A stretch of 64,000 nt of DNA from an uncultured Actinomycetota bacterium. Lineage in GTDB: Bacteria; Actinomycetota; Actinomycetes; Propionibacteriales; Nocardioidaceae. Positions 1-9,625 of the stretch are shown in pieces; position 1 is the stretch's first letter, and each line of letters opens with the position of its first letter. The notes under the pieces were generated by a model. It had not been told where the DNA came from. It searched no databases and saw only the letters and a program-made list of their open reading frames with translations. The position numbers were made by a program, and so were the translations under genes. The stretch covers positions 2,466 to 66,465 of the forward strand of contig CAVRMN010000043.1 in the NCBI GenBank assembly GCA_963721855.1. The letters are read 5' to 3'.

Positions 1-15
1 TGCTGCGGGGGCTGG

Positions 16-1450
16 TCATCGGGTCTCTTCCGTGTCGGTCAGGGTCGGGCGTCGGTCTCCGACGCGGGTGAGCTGCTCGAAGGCGTGCGCGACCTCGAGC
101 AGGCGTCGTTCGTTGCTGGGCGCGGCGACGAGCTGCAGGCCCACCGGCCAGCCCTCGCGGGTGAAGCCGGCCGGGACCGACATCGCCGGGCAGCCGGTGA
201 CGGTGATCAGGAAGGCCGAGCGCATCCAGTCGAGGTAGGTCGTCTGCTCCTGGCCGTTGATCGCGGCCGGGAACTCCTCCCCCGCGTCGAACGGCGGCAC
301 CTGGCTGACCGGGAGGACGAGGACGTCGTACGTCTCGAAGAACAGCCGGACCTTCTCCGCGAGCGAGGTGAGGCGCTGGTAGGCCGTCGCGACGTCCGCG
401 CCGGACAGGCTCTCGCCGGCGCGGATGTTGTCGGCCAGGGACGGCTTGAACGCCTCGGGGCGTCGCTGCAGCATCGCCCCGAAACGGGCCTGGAACAGCC
501 AGGCCCGCAGGGTGCGGAAGGCGGCCTCGGCACCCGTGACGTCGAGGTGGTCGTCGCTGACCTCGGCGCCGGCGCCGGCCAGTACGCCGGCCTGGGCGGT
601 CACGATCGCGGCCACCTCGTGGTCGACCTGGAACGCGCCGCCGAGGTCCGTCGACAGCGCGACCCGGAGCCCCCTCAGGTCGCCGGTCAGCGGCGGGGCG
701 AAGGAGCTGCCCGGCGTCTCCAGCGACAGCCGGGCGCGGGTGCTCGGGCCGGCGATCACCGACAGCAGCAGAGCGAGGTCCTCGACGTTGCGCGCCATCG
801 GCCCGCCCACCGAGGTGAGCTCCCAGGCGTTGGTGGTCGGCCAGGCCGGGACCCGGCCGACGCTCGGCCGCAGCCCGACCACGTTGCAGAACGACGCGGG
901 GTTGCGCAGCGAGCCGCCCATGTCGCTGCCGTCGGCCAGCGGCACCATTCCCGACGCGAGGGCGGCGGCCGCTCCCCCGCTGGACCCGCCCGCCGAGCGG
1001 CTCAGGTCGTAGGGGTTGCGGGTGGTGCCGAAGACGGGGTTGAACGTGTGCGAGCCCGCCGCCCACTCGGGCACGTTGGTCTTGCCGAGCACGACGACCC
1101 CGGCCGCGCGGATCCGCTCGGCGATCAGCTCGTCGCGCTTGGGCACGTAGTCCTTGCGCAGCGGTGACCCGAACGTCGTCGTCCAGCCGGCCACCTCGTG
1201 GGTGTCCTTGAACGCGTGCGGCAGCCCGTGCAGCGGCCCGAGCGGTTCCCCCGACGCCGTCTTCGCGTCGGCCTCGGCGGCGGCAGCCCGGGAACGCTCG
1301 GGGTCCATCGAGACCACCGCGTTGACCTGCGGGGTTGACGCGGTCGATCTGCGTCAGGTGCAGCTCGAGCAGCTCCCGCGCGGAGATCTCCTTCGCCGCG
1401 ACGGCGGCCGCCATCGCCCGGGCCGTGCTGTAGACGTGGATGTCAGGCAT
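16..1450 (-). CDS. Amidase-signature family amidase (one-base frameshift near 1332, probably a sequencing error)
   Basis: AFKD lysine, GGSSGG and GSDMGGSLRNPA amidase motifs in ORF 16..1317. The N-terminus MPDIHVYSTARAMAAAVAAKEISARELL reads from ATG at 1450 in another frame, joined at an extra C in AACCCCGCAG. Confidence 0.9.
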
Positions 1451-1453
1451 GGA

Positions 1454-2115
1454 TCAGCGTCGCCGCCCTGCGATCCAGCCGCCCACCAGCGCCCCCACCA
1501 GCGCAGCCGCAGCCCCCACCGCAACGCCCACGATGAAGCCGCTCCCGGTGGGCGAGCCTGTCGAGACCGCTCCCGGCGCCGTGAAGACCTGGCCGGAGAC
1601 GGACCCGCCAGCGGGCTGCACCGACGGAGCGGGGGCTGTCCCTGCCGTGGCGACGGTCGGCGCACCCCCGGGCCACCGGCGAGGATGACCGCGTCGACGT
1701 TGCGGAAGAACTCGTCGGCCATCCGCTTGGAGACTCCGGTGAGCATGCGCTGGCCGACGCCGCCGATCATGCCGCCGACGACGGCGTCCGCGTCGTAGCT
1801 CAGGATCGTGCTGCCGCCGTCCCCCTCCTCGAGGATCACCATCACCTCGGCCCCGATCGTTCCCGGGGCGCCGGCGCCCTGCGCCTTCATGCGGAACGAC
1901 AGCGGCTCCTGCTGCTCGGAGAGGTGGACCTCGCCGTCGTACACGCCCTTGATCGAGCCGACGCCCGCGGCGACCGTCATCTTGTAGGCGTCGCCGCCCA
2001 GCGCCTCGAGACGCTGGCAGCCGGGGATCGCCGCGACCAGGACGGCCGGGTCGTTCAACGCCGCGAAGACCGTCGTCCTGTCGGCGGTGAGGGTCGAGGT
2101 GCCGGAGATCTTCAT
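1454..2115 (-). CDS. coxG: CoxG/SRPBCC family protein with C-terminal membrane anchor (frameshift near 1670)
   Basis: LNDPAVLVAAIPGC and GGMIGGVGQRML motifs. An alternate frame gives an Ala/Pro linker and TM helix GFIVGVAVGAAAALVGALVGGWIAGRRR* ending at 1454. Confidence 0.85.
1547..1568. repeat. REP-like palindrome inside coxG linker (GGTGGGCGAGCCTGTCGAGACC)
   Basis: 21/22 identical to the copy at 17262-17283; encodes VSTGSPT. Confidence 0.7.
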
Positions 2116-2123
2116 GATTGGTC

Positions 2124-4511
2124 CTACTCTGCGCGCAGCTCGAAGAGCTCGCTCGGGGAGATGGGCATGCGGGTGATCGTGATGCCCTCGGCGTCCTCGA
2201 TGGCGGCCGCGATGGCGGCGGAGCCGGGGATCACGCCGGCCTCGCCCGCACCCTTGACGCCCAGCGGGTTCAGCGGGGACGGGGTGACCAGGTGGTCGAT
2301 CTCGATCTCGGGCACCTCGGAGGCGTAGGGCATCAGGAAGTCCATGAAGGACGCGTTGAGCAGCTGGCCGTCGGGGGCGTACTCCATCCGCTCGTAGAGC
2401 GCGCCGCCGACGCCCTGCGCGACGCCGCCGTGGATCTGGCCCTCCACGATCATCGGGTTGATCAGGGTGCCGCAGTCGTGCACGACGCAGTAGCGCAGGA
2501 TCCTGATGTCCGCGGTCTCCGGGTCGGTCTCGACGACGACCGCGTGCATGCCGTTGGCGAACGTCGAGCGCGGCGGCGAGTAGTAGTCGGTGCCCTCCAG
2601 CCCCGGTGACTCCCCCGCCTCGACCGGCGGCCGGTCCGGGTCCGCGGGTGCGGCGAACTGCGTGGCCCGCTTGGACGCCTCGTCGAAGGCGTAGCGAAGC
2701 GGGTTCGAGAGCACGGCGACGGCACCGAGATCGATCTGGGCCGACGGGCTGCCCTTGACCCGGACGTGCCCGTCGACGATCTCCAGGTCGTCGACGGACG
2801 CCTCGAGCGCCTGGGCGGCGATCCGCAGCGCCTTCTCGCGCACCTTGCGGGCGGTCACGGCGATCGCGCTGCCGCTCATCACGGCGGTGCGGGACGCGAA
2901 CGTGCCGACGGCGTACTTGAACCGTCGCGTGTCACCGGTGGTGACCTTGATCCGGTCGAACGGGACGCCGAGCTCGTCGCCGACGATCTGCGCGAGCATC
3001 GTCTGGTGGCCCTGGCCCTGCGTGGTCAGCCCGGTGGAGACGACCACGGTGCCGTCGGTCTCGACCCGGATGTGACCGCCCTCGTAGGGGCCGACGCCGG
3101 TGCCCTCGACGTAGCAGGCCAGCCCGATGCCGACCCGCCGCCCCTCGGCACGGGCCTGGTCGCGGTAGGCCTCGAAGTCGTCCCAGCCGACGAGCGCCTT
3201 GAGCTTGTCGAGCGAGGCCGGGAAGTCGCCCGAGTCGTAGAGCAGCGGCCGGCCGTCCTGGAAGATCAGCCCCTGGTCGTAGGGCATCTCCTCGGGCTGG
3301 ATGAAGTTGCGCTCACGGACGACCGTGCGGTCCAGGCCCAGGTCCCGCGCGATGGCGTCCATCGTGCGCTCCATGACGAAGCAGCCCTGCGGTCGGCCCG
3401 CGCCGCGGTAGGGGGTGACGATCACGGTGTTGGTGTAGAGGCTCGCGAACTCGACCCGGTAGACGCCCGGCTTGTAGGGACCGAGCAGCTGCGTCGAGGT
3501 GATGATCGGCACGATCAGCCCGTAGGGGATGTAGGCGCCGTGGTCGTGCCAGAACTTCACCGACAGGCCGAGCAGCCGGCCGTCGTCGTCGTAGCCCACC
3601 CGCACCTGGTGCAGCTGGCCGCGCTCGTGGGCGCTGGAGACGAAGTGCTCGCGACGGTCCTCGGTCCACTTCACCGGCTGCCCGAGCCGGCAGGCGGCCC
3701 AGGGCACCAGCACCTCCTCGGGCCACGGGTGCACGATCTTCACCCCGAAGCCGCCGCCCACGTCCGGGGTGATCACCTCGACCCGGTCGACGGGCAGCGC
3801 GAGCTTCGCGGCGATGGCCTGGCGCACGCTGGTCGACGTCTGGGTGGACGTGTGCACGGTCAGCGACAGGTCGTCGGAGTCCCACTTGGCGAGGACGCCC
3901 TTGCCCTCCAGGGGCATCGAGGCGCTGCGCTCGATCGCGAGCTCGAGCTCGAGCCGGTGGGGGGCCGCGTCGATCGCGGCGTCGGCGTCGCCGGTCTCCT
4001 GGACCATCCGGGCGGCCACGTTGCCCGGTACGTCGTCGTGGACGAGGTGCTGCGCCGCCCGCGCCGCCTCGATCCCCACCACGGCGGGAAGGAACTCGTA
4101 GTCGACGCGGATCCGGTCCACGACGTCCTCGGCGGTGTAGCGGCTGGAGGCCACCACCATCACGATGGCCTCGCCGACGTAGTTGACCTCGTCCTTCGCC
4201 AGGGCGTACTGGGTGCGGCCGTGGGTCAGCGTCGGGTGCGGGATCAGCAGCGGCAGCGGCTCGGCGACACGGGTGCCGTGCTCGTCCTGGTCCGCTGCCA
4301 GGTCGTCGTAGGTGTAGATCGCGACCAGCCCGTCGACGTCCAGCGCGTCGGTGACGTCGATGTCGACGACCCGGGCGTGCGCGTGCGGGCTCCGGACGAA
4401 CGCGACCTCGAGGGCGTCGTGCCCGAGGTCGTCGAGGTAGCGGCCCCGGCCGGTCACGAGGCGCGGGTCCTCCGACCGCAGGACCGGCTGCCCGAACAGC
4501 TTGGTCGTCAT
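2124..4511 (-). CDS. coxL: Molybdopterin-binding large subunit, CoxL/CutL-xanthine dehydrogenase family (form II-like motif)
   Basis: EDPRLVTGRGRY, VGGGFGVK, PYRGAGRP, QGQGHQT, VEGQIHGGVAQG and KGAGEAG motifs; 795 aa. The symbol is family-level and does not imply CO oxidation. Confidence 0.9.
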   Translation of the reverse strand: MTTKLFGQPVLRSEDPRLVTGRGRYLDDLGHDALEVAFVRSPHAHARVVDIDVTDALDVDGLVAIYTYDDLAADQDEHGTRVAEPLPLLIPHPTLTHGRTQYALAKDEVNYVGEAIVMVVASSRYTAEDVVDRIRVDYEFLPAVVGIEAARAAQHLVHDDVPGNVAARMVQETGDADAAIDAAPHRLELELAIERSASMPLEGKGVLAKWDSDDLSLTVHTSTQTSTSVRQAIAAKLALPVDRVEVITPDVGGGFGVKIVHPWPEEVLVPWAACRLGQPVKWTEDRREHFVSSAHERGQLHQVRVGYDDDGRLLGLSVKFWHDHGAYIPYGLIVPIITSTQLLGPYKPGVYRVEFASLYTNTVIVTPYRGAGRPQGCFVMERTMDAIARDLGLDRTVVRERNFIQPEEMPYDQGLIFQDGRPLLYDSGDFPASLDKLKALVGWDDFEAYRDQARAEGRRVGIGLACYVEGTGVGPYEGGHIRVETDGTVVVSTGLTTQGQGHQTMLAQIVGDELGVPFDRIKVTTGDTRRFKYAVGTFASRTAVMSGSAIAVTARKVREKALRIAAQALEASVDDLEIVDGHVRVKGSPSAQIDLGAVAVLSNPLRYAFDEASKRATQFAAPADPDRPPVEAGESPGLEGTDYYSPPRSTFANGMHAVVVETDPETADIRILRYCVVHDCGTLINPMIVEGQIHGGVAQGVGGALYERMEYAPDGQLLNASFMDFLMPYASEVPEIEIDHLVTPSPLNPLGVKGAGEAGVIPGSAAIAAAIEDAEGITITRMPISPSELFELRAE

Positions 4512-4990
4512 GCCTCGGCCCGCAGCTCACTGCCGCGGAGGACGGCGGCGACGATGTTCTGGTAGCCGGTGCAGCGGCAGAGGTTCCCGCTGATCGCCTC
4601 GCGGGCCTCCTCGGCGGTCGGGACGGGGTTCTCGTCCAGGTAGGCGGTGATCGTCGTGATGAAGCCCGGGGTGCAGAAGCCGCACTGCAGGGCGTGGCAC
4701 TCGCGGAACGCCTGCTGCACCGGGCCCATCCCGCCGTCGGCGGACCGGCAGCCCTCCACGGTGGTGATCTCGGCACCGTCGAGGCTGACCGCGAAGACGA
4801 GGCAGGATCGGGTCGGCGCGCCGTCGACCAGGACGGTGCACGCTCCGCAGACGCCGTGCTCGCAGCCGACGTGGGTGCCGGTCATCCGGAGGTCGTGGCG
4901 CAGCGCGTCGGACAGCAGCCGACGGGCCGGCAGCTCGAGCTCGTGGCGGGTGCCGTTGACGGTCAGGGACACGGGGACCTGCTGCTCCAT
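4508..4990 (-). CDS. coxS: 2Fe-2S small subunit (CoxS/CutS family)
   Basis: GCEHGVCGAC, QCGFCTPG and GNLCRCTGY motifs; start at MEQQV (4990). Confidence 0.92.
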   Translation of the reverse strand: MEQQVPVSLTVNGTRHELELPARRLLSDALRHDLRMTGTHVGCEHGVCGACTVLVDGAPTRSCLVFAVSLDGAEITTVEGCRSADGGMGPVQQAFRECHALQCGFCTPGFITTITAYLDENPVPTAEEAREAISGNLCRCTGYQNIVAAVLRGSELRAEA

Positions 4991-5886
4991 CAGGCGGCCC
5001 TCCCGTCGCGCCGCCGGGCGACGGCGTCGTCGCGGGCCTGGTCGACAGCGCGCTCGGTGAGCACGTGGGCGAGGTTGCGCCGGTAGGCGGCGGTGGCGTG
5101 GATGTCGTCCTCCGGGTCGATCACGTCGTCGAGCAGGTCGCGGAGCCGGGCGCTGTCGATCCCGCCACCGCTGCCGGTGACGGCCTCGGTCAGGTCGGTG
5201 ACGACGGGTCCGGGTCCGACGCTGATCAGGCCGACGCGCACGGACGTCATCGCGAGGTCGGGGTCCACGGTCACGACGGCCGCGACGCCGCACATCGCGT
5301 AGTCACCGTGTCGTCGCGCCATCTCCACGAACGCCGATCCGCTGCCCGTCGGCGGTCGTCGGAAGGTGGCTGCCACGGCGAGCTCGGCCGGGCCGGTGGC
5401 CGTCTCCATCGGGCCGACGAAGAAGTCCAGCGCGGTCACCTCACGGGTGCCCGCGGGGCCGGCGAGCTCCACGCTGCCGTCGAGCAGCGCCAGCACGGCG
5501 GTCATCTCCGCAGCCGGGTCGCCGTGGACGAGGCTGCCGACCGTCGTACCGCGGTTGCGGATGGTCGGGTGTGCGACGTTGCGCAGCGCCTGGCGCAGCA
5601 GGGGAAGAGCGGCGTACGCCGCGTCGTCGCGCTCGACCCGGGAGTGCCGGGCGAGCGCGCCGACCCGGACGCCGTTCTGGCTGACCTCCACGGCGTCGAG
5701 ACCGGGGAGGTGGTTGATGTCGACGAGGTGGCCGGGTGCGGCCAGCCTCATCGACATCAGGGGGATCAGGCTCTGCCCGCCCGCGAGGACCTTGGCGCCG
5801 CCGGGCTCCCCGTCGAGGCCGGCAAGCATCTGCACGGCCTCGTCGGTGGAGCGCGGACGGTGGTAGGTGAACGGGGGTGGCTTCAC
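4990..5886 (-). CDS. coxM: FAD-binding medium subunit (CoxM/CutM family)
   Basis: MKPPPFTYHRP, LAGGQSLIP, IRNRGTTVGS and RRHGDYA motifs. Confidence 0.92.
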   Translation of the reverse strand: MKPPPFTYHRPRSTDEAVQMLAGLDGEPGGAKVLAGGQSLIPLMSMRLAAPGHLVDINHLPGLDAVEVSQNGVRVGALARHSRVERDDAAYAALPLLRQALRNVAHPTIRNRGTTVGSLVHGDPAAEMTAVLALLDGSVELAGPAGTREVTALDFFVGPMETATGPAELAVAATFRRPPTGSGSAFVEMARRHGDYAMCGVAAVVTVDPDLAMTSVRVGLISVGPGPVVTDLTEAVTGSGGGIDSARLRDLLDDVIDPEDDIHATAAYRRNLAHVLTERAVDQARDDAVARRRDGRAA

Positions 5887-5920
5887 GAGGTGACTTGCCG
5901 AGCCTCTCTTGCGGTCGTGG

Positions 5921-7402
5921 TCAGTGCCGGTGGCCGCTGTCGCGGCCCTCGATCTCTTCCTGCTCCTGCACGCCGGGGCGCTCCACCGTGATGAGGCTGA
6001 CGTCCTCCTTCAGGTTGGCCGGAGCGACCATCCTGGCCAGGTGGTAGCCGACCAGGGTGACGATCGTGCCGAGCGCGATCCCGGAGAGCACGAAGTTGTC
6101 GGTGATCTTCAGGGACGTGTCGCCGATCGCGATGATGATTCCGGCGGCGACCGGGACCAGGTTGACCGGGTTGGCGAAGTCGACCCGGTTCTCCTTCCAG
6201 ATCTTCGCGCCGAGCAGGCCGATCATGCCGTAGAGCACGACGGTGATGCCGCCGAGCACGCCACCGGGTGTCGCCGAGACCAGCGCGCCGAACTTCGGCG
6301 AGAAGCCGAACCCGAGCGCGACGACCGCCGCCACGAAGTAGGCGGCCGTCGAGTAGATCCGGGTCGCCGCCATGACTCCGATGTTCTCGGCGTACGTCGT
6401 GGTGGGCGAGCCGCCCACGGCTGAGGCGATGACGGTGCCGACACCGTCCGCGGCGATCGCACGGCCCATCACCGGGTCGAGGTCGCGGTTCGTCATCTCG
6501 GCCACGGCCTTGACGTGGCCGGTGTTCTCCGCGATCAGCGCGATCACGGCCGGCAGCACGAGGAGCACGAAGGTGAGCGAGAAGCTGGGCATGTGCCAGC
6601 CGACAGCGCCGAGGTTGCCGGCGTTGGTCTGGTTGCCCACGAGGCCGTCGGCGGTGTGCACCGGGAAGCCGAACCAGTCGGCAGCCTTGACCCCGTCCCA
6701 GTTGACGCGCCAGTGCTCGGTGACCTTGCCGGCGGCGGGGTCGAGCGACGTGATCTTGCCGCCCACCTGGTCGAAGACCCAGGACAGGGCGTAGCCGAAG
6801 ATCAGGCCCATGAAGATCGCGATGCGGCCGAGGAAGCCCCGGACGCCGACGGCGAACAGGATCACGAAGAACATCACGAGGAGCGCGACCCACTGGTCCT
6901 GCGGCCAGTAGATGTCGGCCACCACAGGCGCGAGGTTGAAGCCGATCAGCATCACCACGGCACCCGTGACGACCGGCGGCAGCACCGCGTGCAGCATCTT
7001 CGTCCCGGCGAAGTGGATCAGCACGCCGACGAGGGCGAGCACGACTCCGGCGACGAGGATCGCGCCGGTGACGTCCGCGGGGCCGCCGGGGCCGCCCGAG
7101 CCCTGATAGGTGTAGATCGCGGTCGCACCACCGACGAACGAGGCGGAGGTGCCGAGGTAGCTGGGCACCTTGCCCTGGACGATCAGCAGGAACGCGATCG
7201 TCGCGATGCCGCTCATCATGATCGCGAGCTGCGGGTTCAGGCCCATGATGATCGGGAACACGAACGTGGCGCCGAACATCGCGACCACGTGCTGTGCGCC
7301 GAGTCCGGCGGTCCTTCCCCAGGACAGACGCTCGTCAGGGGCAACAGCTTGTCCGGGCGGCGGGGTCTTCCCGTCGTAGACGACTTTCCAGCCAATAGCC
7401 AT
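5921..7402 (-). CDS. Uracil/xanthine permease (NCS2 family)
   Basis: GAQHVVAMFGAT and PTTTYAENIGVMAATR NCS2 signatures; many TM helices; GGAGG RBS before ATG at 7402. Confidence 0.92.
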   Translation of the reverse strand: MAIGWKVVYDGKTPPPGQAVAPDERLSWGRTAGLGAQHVVAMFGATFVFPIIMGLNPQLAIMMSGIATIAFLLIVQGKVPSYLGTSASFVGGATAIYTYQGSGGPGGPADVTGAILVAGVVLALVGVLIHFAGTKMLHAVLPPVVTGAVVMLIGFNLAPVVADIYWPQDQWVALLVMFFVILFAVGVRGFLGRIAIFMGLIFGYALSWVFDQVGGKITSLDPAAGKVTEHWRVNWDGVKAADWFGFPVHTADGLVGNQTNAGNLGAVGWHMPSFSLTFVLLVLPAVIALIAENTGHVKAVAEMTNRDLDPVMGRAIAADGVGTVIASAVGGSPTTTYAENIGVMAATRIYSTAAYFVAAVVALGFGFSPKFGALVSATPGGVLGGITVVLYGMIGLLGAKIWKENRVDFANPVNLVPVAAGIIIAIGDTSLKITDNFVLSGIALGTIVTLVGYHLARMVAPANLKEDVSLITVERPGVQEQEEIEGRDSGHRH

Positions 7403-7550
7403 CTCAGGCCTCCTGCTCAGGTGACTTGCGTCACGGGTCTCGCCCACTGTGCCCGAGTCCAACACGCCGATGAGGGACGCGCCCAGCGCAGATCTGCCGA
7501 AACCTGGCCGGTTCGGCTGGCGACTGTTGCCAAAGCCGCGAGCGGACCGC

Positions 7551-8864
7551 TCAGAGCTCCCGCATGGTCACCACGCGGAGCGCGAGCGCCAGGTCGAGCC
7601 GCAGCGTCGCGTCGCCGGTGAACGGCCCGACGATCCGCTCGATCTTGCCGATCCGGTAGCGCAGCGTGTTGTAGTGGAAGTGCAGCACCCGGGCCGCCTC
7701 CGCCACGTTGAGGTTCGTGTCGAGCAGCACCTGCAACGTCGCCCGCAGGGTGGCCGCCTCGTCGGTGGCACCGGGGCCCGGCGCGAGCTCCTTGAGCGTC
7801 TCGCGGACGAACCGGTCCAGCTCGTCGGCGTCCTCGATCAGGCTGAGCAGCCGGAAGACACCGAGGTCGTCGAAGTGCGCGACGGCGCTGGGACCGTGCA
7901 GCCGGCGACCCGCCTGGAGCGCCTTGCGGGCCTGCTCGTAGGCCGCCGGCAGGCCGTCGGGCTCGGTGATCACCCGGCTGACGCCGGCGGCGAAGGTGCG
8001 CCGGCCGCCGCCACCGTCGCCGCGCACGCCGCGCACCGTCTTCTCGACGACCGCGCGCTCCGCCCCCGGCTCGGGCACCGGCAGCAGCGCCACGACCTCC
8101 GCGGCGAACCCGACCACCGGCGCACCGCCGTCGTGCGCTCCCACCACCGTCGACCAGGCCGCGGAGAACCGCTCCAGCTCGAGCGGGCCCCGGTAGCCGT
8201 GCGACATCGGGGGCGCGTCGTCGGTCTCCAGCGCGGCGACCACCACGACCATGGGGCGCTCGAGGTCCCAGCCGAGGCTGCGCGCGTGGCCGACCACGTC
8301 GTCGCCCTCCCCCGCCCGGCCGCTGAGCACGTCGCGGAGGAAGTCACCGCGGTACTTGCTCTCCACCGCGGTCACCGCGAGCTGCTTGGTCAGGCAGATC
8401 GCCACCACGTCCGCCGCGCGCTCCAGGACGGCGAGGTCCTCGACGTCGAGCTGCCGGTCGGGGTGGAAGAGCACCAGCCGGCCGTGGTCGATCCGGCCGC
8501 CGGCCACGGGGACCACGGCATGGGACCCGCCGACGTCGGCGGCGGTGTGCAGCCCAGGCACCGACACCTCGGCGAGGAACCGGCCGCTCGGGTGGAACAG
8601 CGACGACTCCTGGAGGCGACCGAGCGCGTCCGGATCCCCGACGAGACTGAGCACCCGGCCGTCGACGGTCGTCACCAGCACCGAGCCGCCGAGGTGGTCG
8701 CGGATCCGGGAGGCCACCTCGGTCAGGTCGCCGCCGGCGAGCACCGCGTTCACCAGCTCGCGCTGAACCCCGTCGCGGCGTTCCAGCAGCGTGAGCATCT
8801 GACCGACGTCCCCGGCTGGCAACTCACGCCCACTGTCACGCAGATCGTTGGCAAGTTCACCCAT
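7551..8864 (-). CDS. PucR/CdaR-family transcriptional regulator (N-terminal PucR domain apparently missing)
   Basis: C-terminal HTH NVAEAARVLHFHYNTLRYRIGKIE; AVESKYRGDFLRDVL. Start is 8864 or 8798. Confidence 0.85.
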   Translation of the reverse strand: MGELANDLRDSGRELPAGDVGQMLTLLERRDGVQRELVNAVLAGGDLTEVASRIRDHLGGSVLVTTVDGRVLSLVGDPDALGRLQESSLFHPSGRFLAEVSVPGLHTAADVGGSHAVVPVAGGRIDHGRLVLFHPDRQLDVEDLAVLERAADVVAICLTKQLAVTAVESKYRGDFLRDVLSGRAGEGDDVVGHARSLGWDLERPMVVVVAALETDDAPPMSHGYRGPLELERFSAAWSTVVGAHDGGAPVVGFAAEVVALLPVPEPGAERAVVEKTVRGVRGDGGGGRRTFAAGVSRVITEPDGLPAAYEQARKALQAGRRLHGPSAVAHFDDLGVFRLLSLIEDADELDRFVRETLKELAPGPGATDEAATLRATLQVLLDTNLNVAEAARVLHFHYNTLRYRIGKIERIVGPFTGDATLRLDLALALRVVTMREL

Positions 8865-8899
8865 GCGGCTGACGCTACCGGAGTCGTAGGCTCGGCCGG

Positions 8900-9625
8900 G
8901 TGACCTCGACCTGTCTCGTCGACGAGTTCTCCGGGGAGTTCCCCGGCGCCGCGTCGACACTGCTCGCGGACCTGCTCATGCAGCCCGGGCTGCGGCTCAC
9001 CGAGGTGGCCCGCACCCGCACCTCGGTCCACTACGACACCGGCCGCACCGACGTGCCGGTCCTCTGCGTGGCGACCCCCGACGCGGTCCTGCTCCCCCAC
9101 ACCTTCGTCACCTCGGTGCTCCCGTCGGCGCCGGAGCTCGTCGACGCCACCTGGCGGGTCACTCGGTGGTGGCACCCGTGCCGCCCCGTCGGCCTCGCCC
9201 CGCCGCCGCCGGACCGCGTCGCGACGCTCGCCTGCACGCCGTACGACGTCCTGGTCCCGTCCGCGCTGCTGGGCCGGGGCGCCGGTCTGACCCCCGAGGG
9301 GGACGACGTGCTGGCCGGCGCCCTGGTGACCGCCCACGCCACCGCCGACCCGCGCCTCGACGCCTGGTGCGCGGCCACCCGCGAGGCGCTGGCCACGCGG
9401 CGCACCACCGCGGTCTCCCGCGGAATGCTGCACCACGCGCTCGACGGCTACGCCACCCCGCAGCTCGCCGAGCTGCTCGTCGCGCTGTGCCGCGGCGGCG
9501 ACCTCGACGGCCCGCTCGCCCGGCTGCGGGCGCTGGGCCACTCCTCCGGCGACGCCCTCCTCGACGGGGTCGTCCACACGCTCACGACCCGTGCCACGAC
9601 CGGCAGCCACGAAGGAGTCGCATGA
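8900..9625 (+). CDS. allH: DUF2877 protein, oxamate carbamoyltransferase subunit AllH (YlbF)-like
   Basis: LLGRGAGLTPEGDDVLAG, TTAVS and GHSSGDALLDG motifs; first gene of the fdrA operon; TAGGCT -10 just upstream. Confidence 0.8.
   Translation: MTSTCLVDEFSGEFPGAASTLLADLLMQPGLRLTEVARTRTSVHYDTGRTDVPVLCVATPDAVLLPHTFVTSVLPSAPELVDATWRVTRWWHPCRPVGLAPPPPDRVATLACTPYDVLVPSALLGRGAGLTPEGDDVLAGALVTAHATADPRLDAWCAATREALATRRTTAVSRGMLHHALDGYATPQLAELLVALCRGGDLDGPLARLRALGHSSGDALLDGVVHTLTTRATTGSHEGVA

Noticed and set aside
2124-5886. Aerobic CO dehydrogenase
   Set aside because: CoxL lacks the Cu-binding AYxCSFR motif, and the permease, PucR and allFGH context points to heterocycle hydroxylation.
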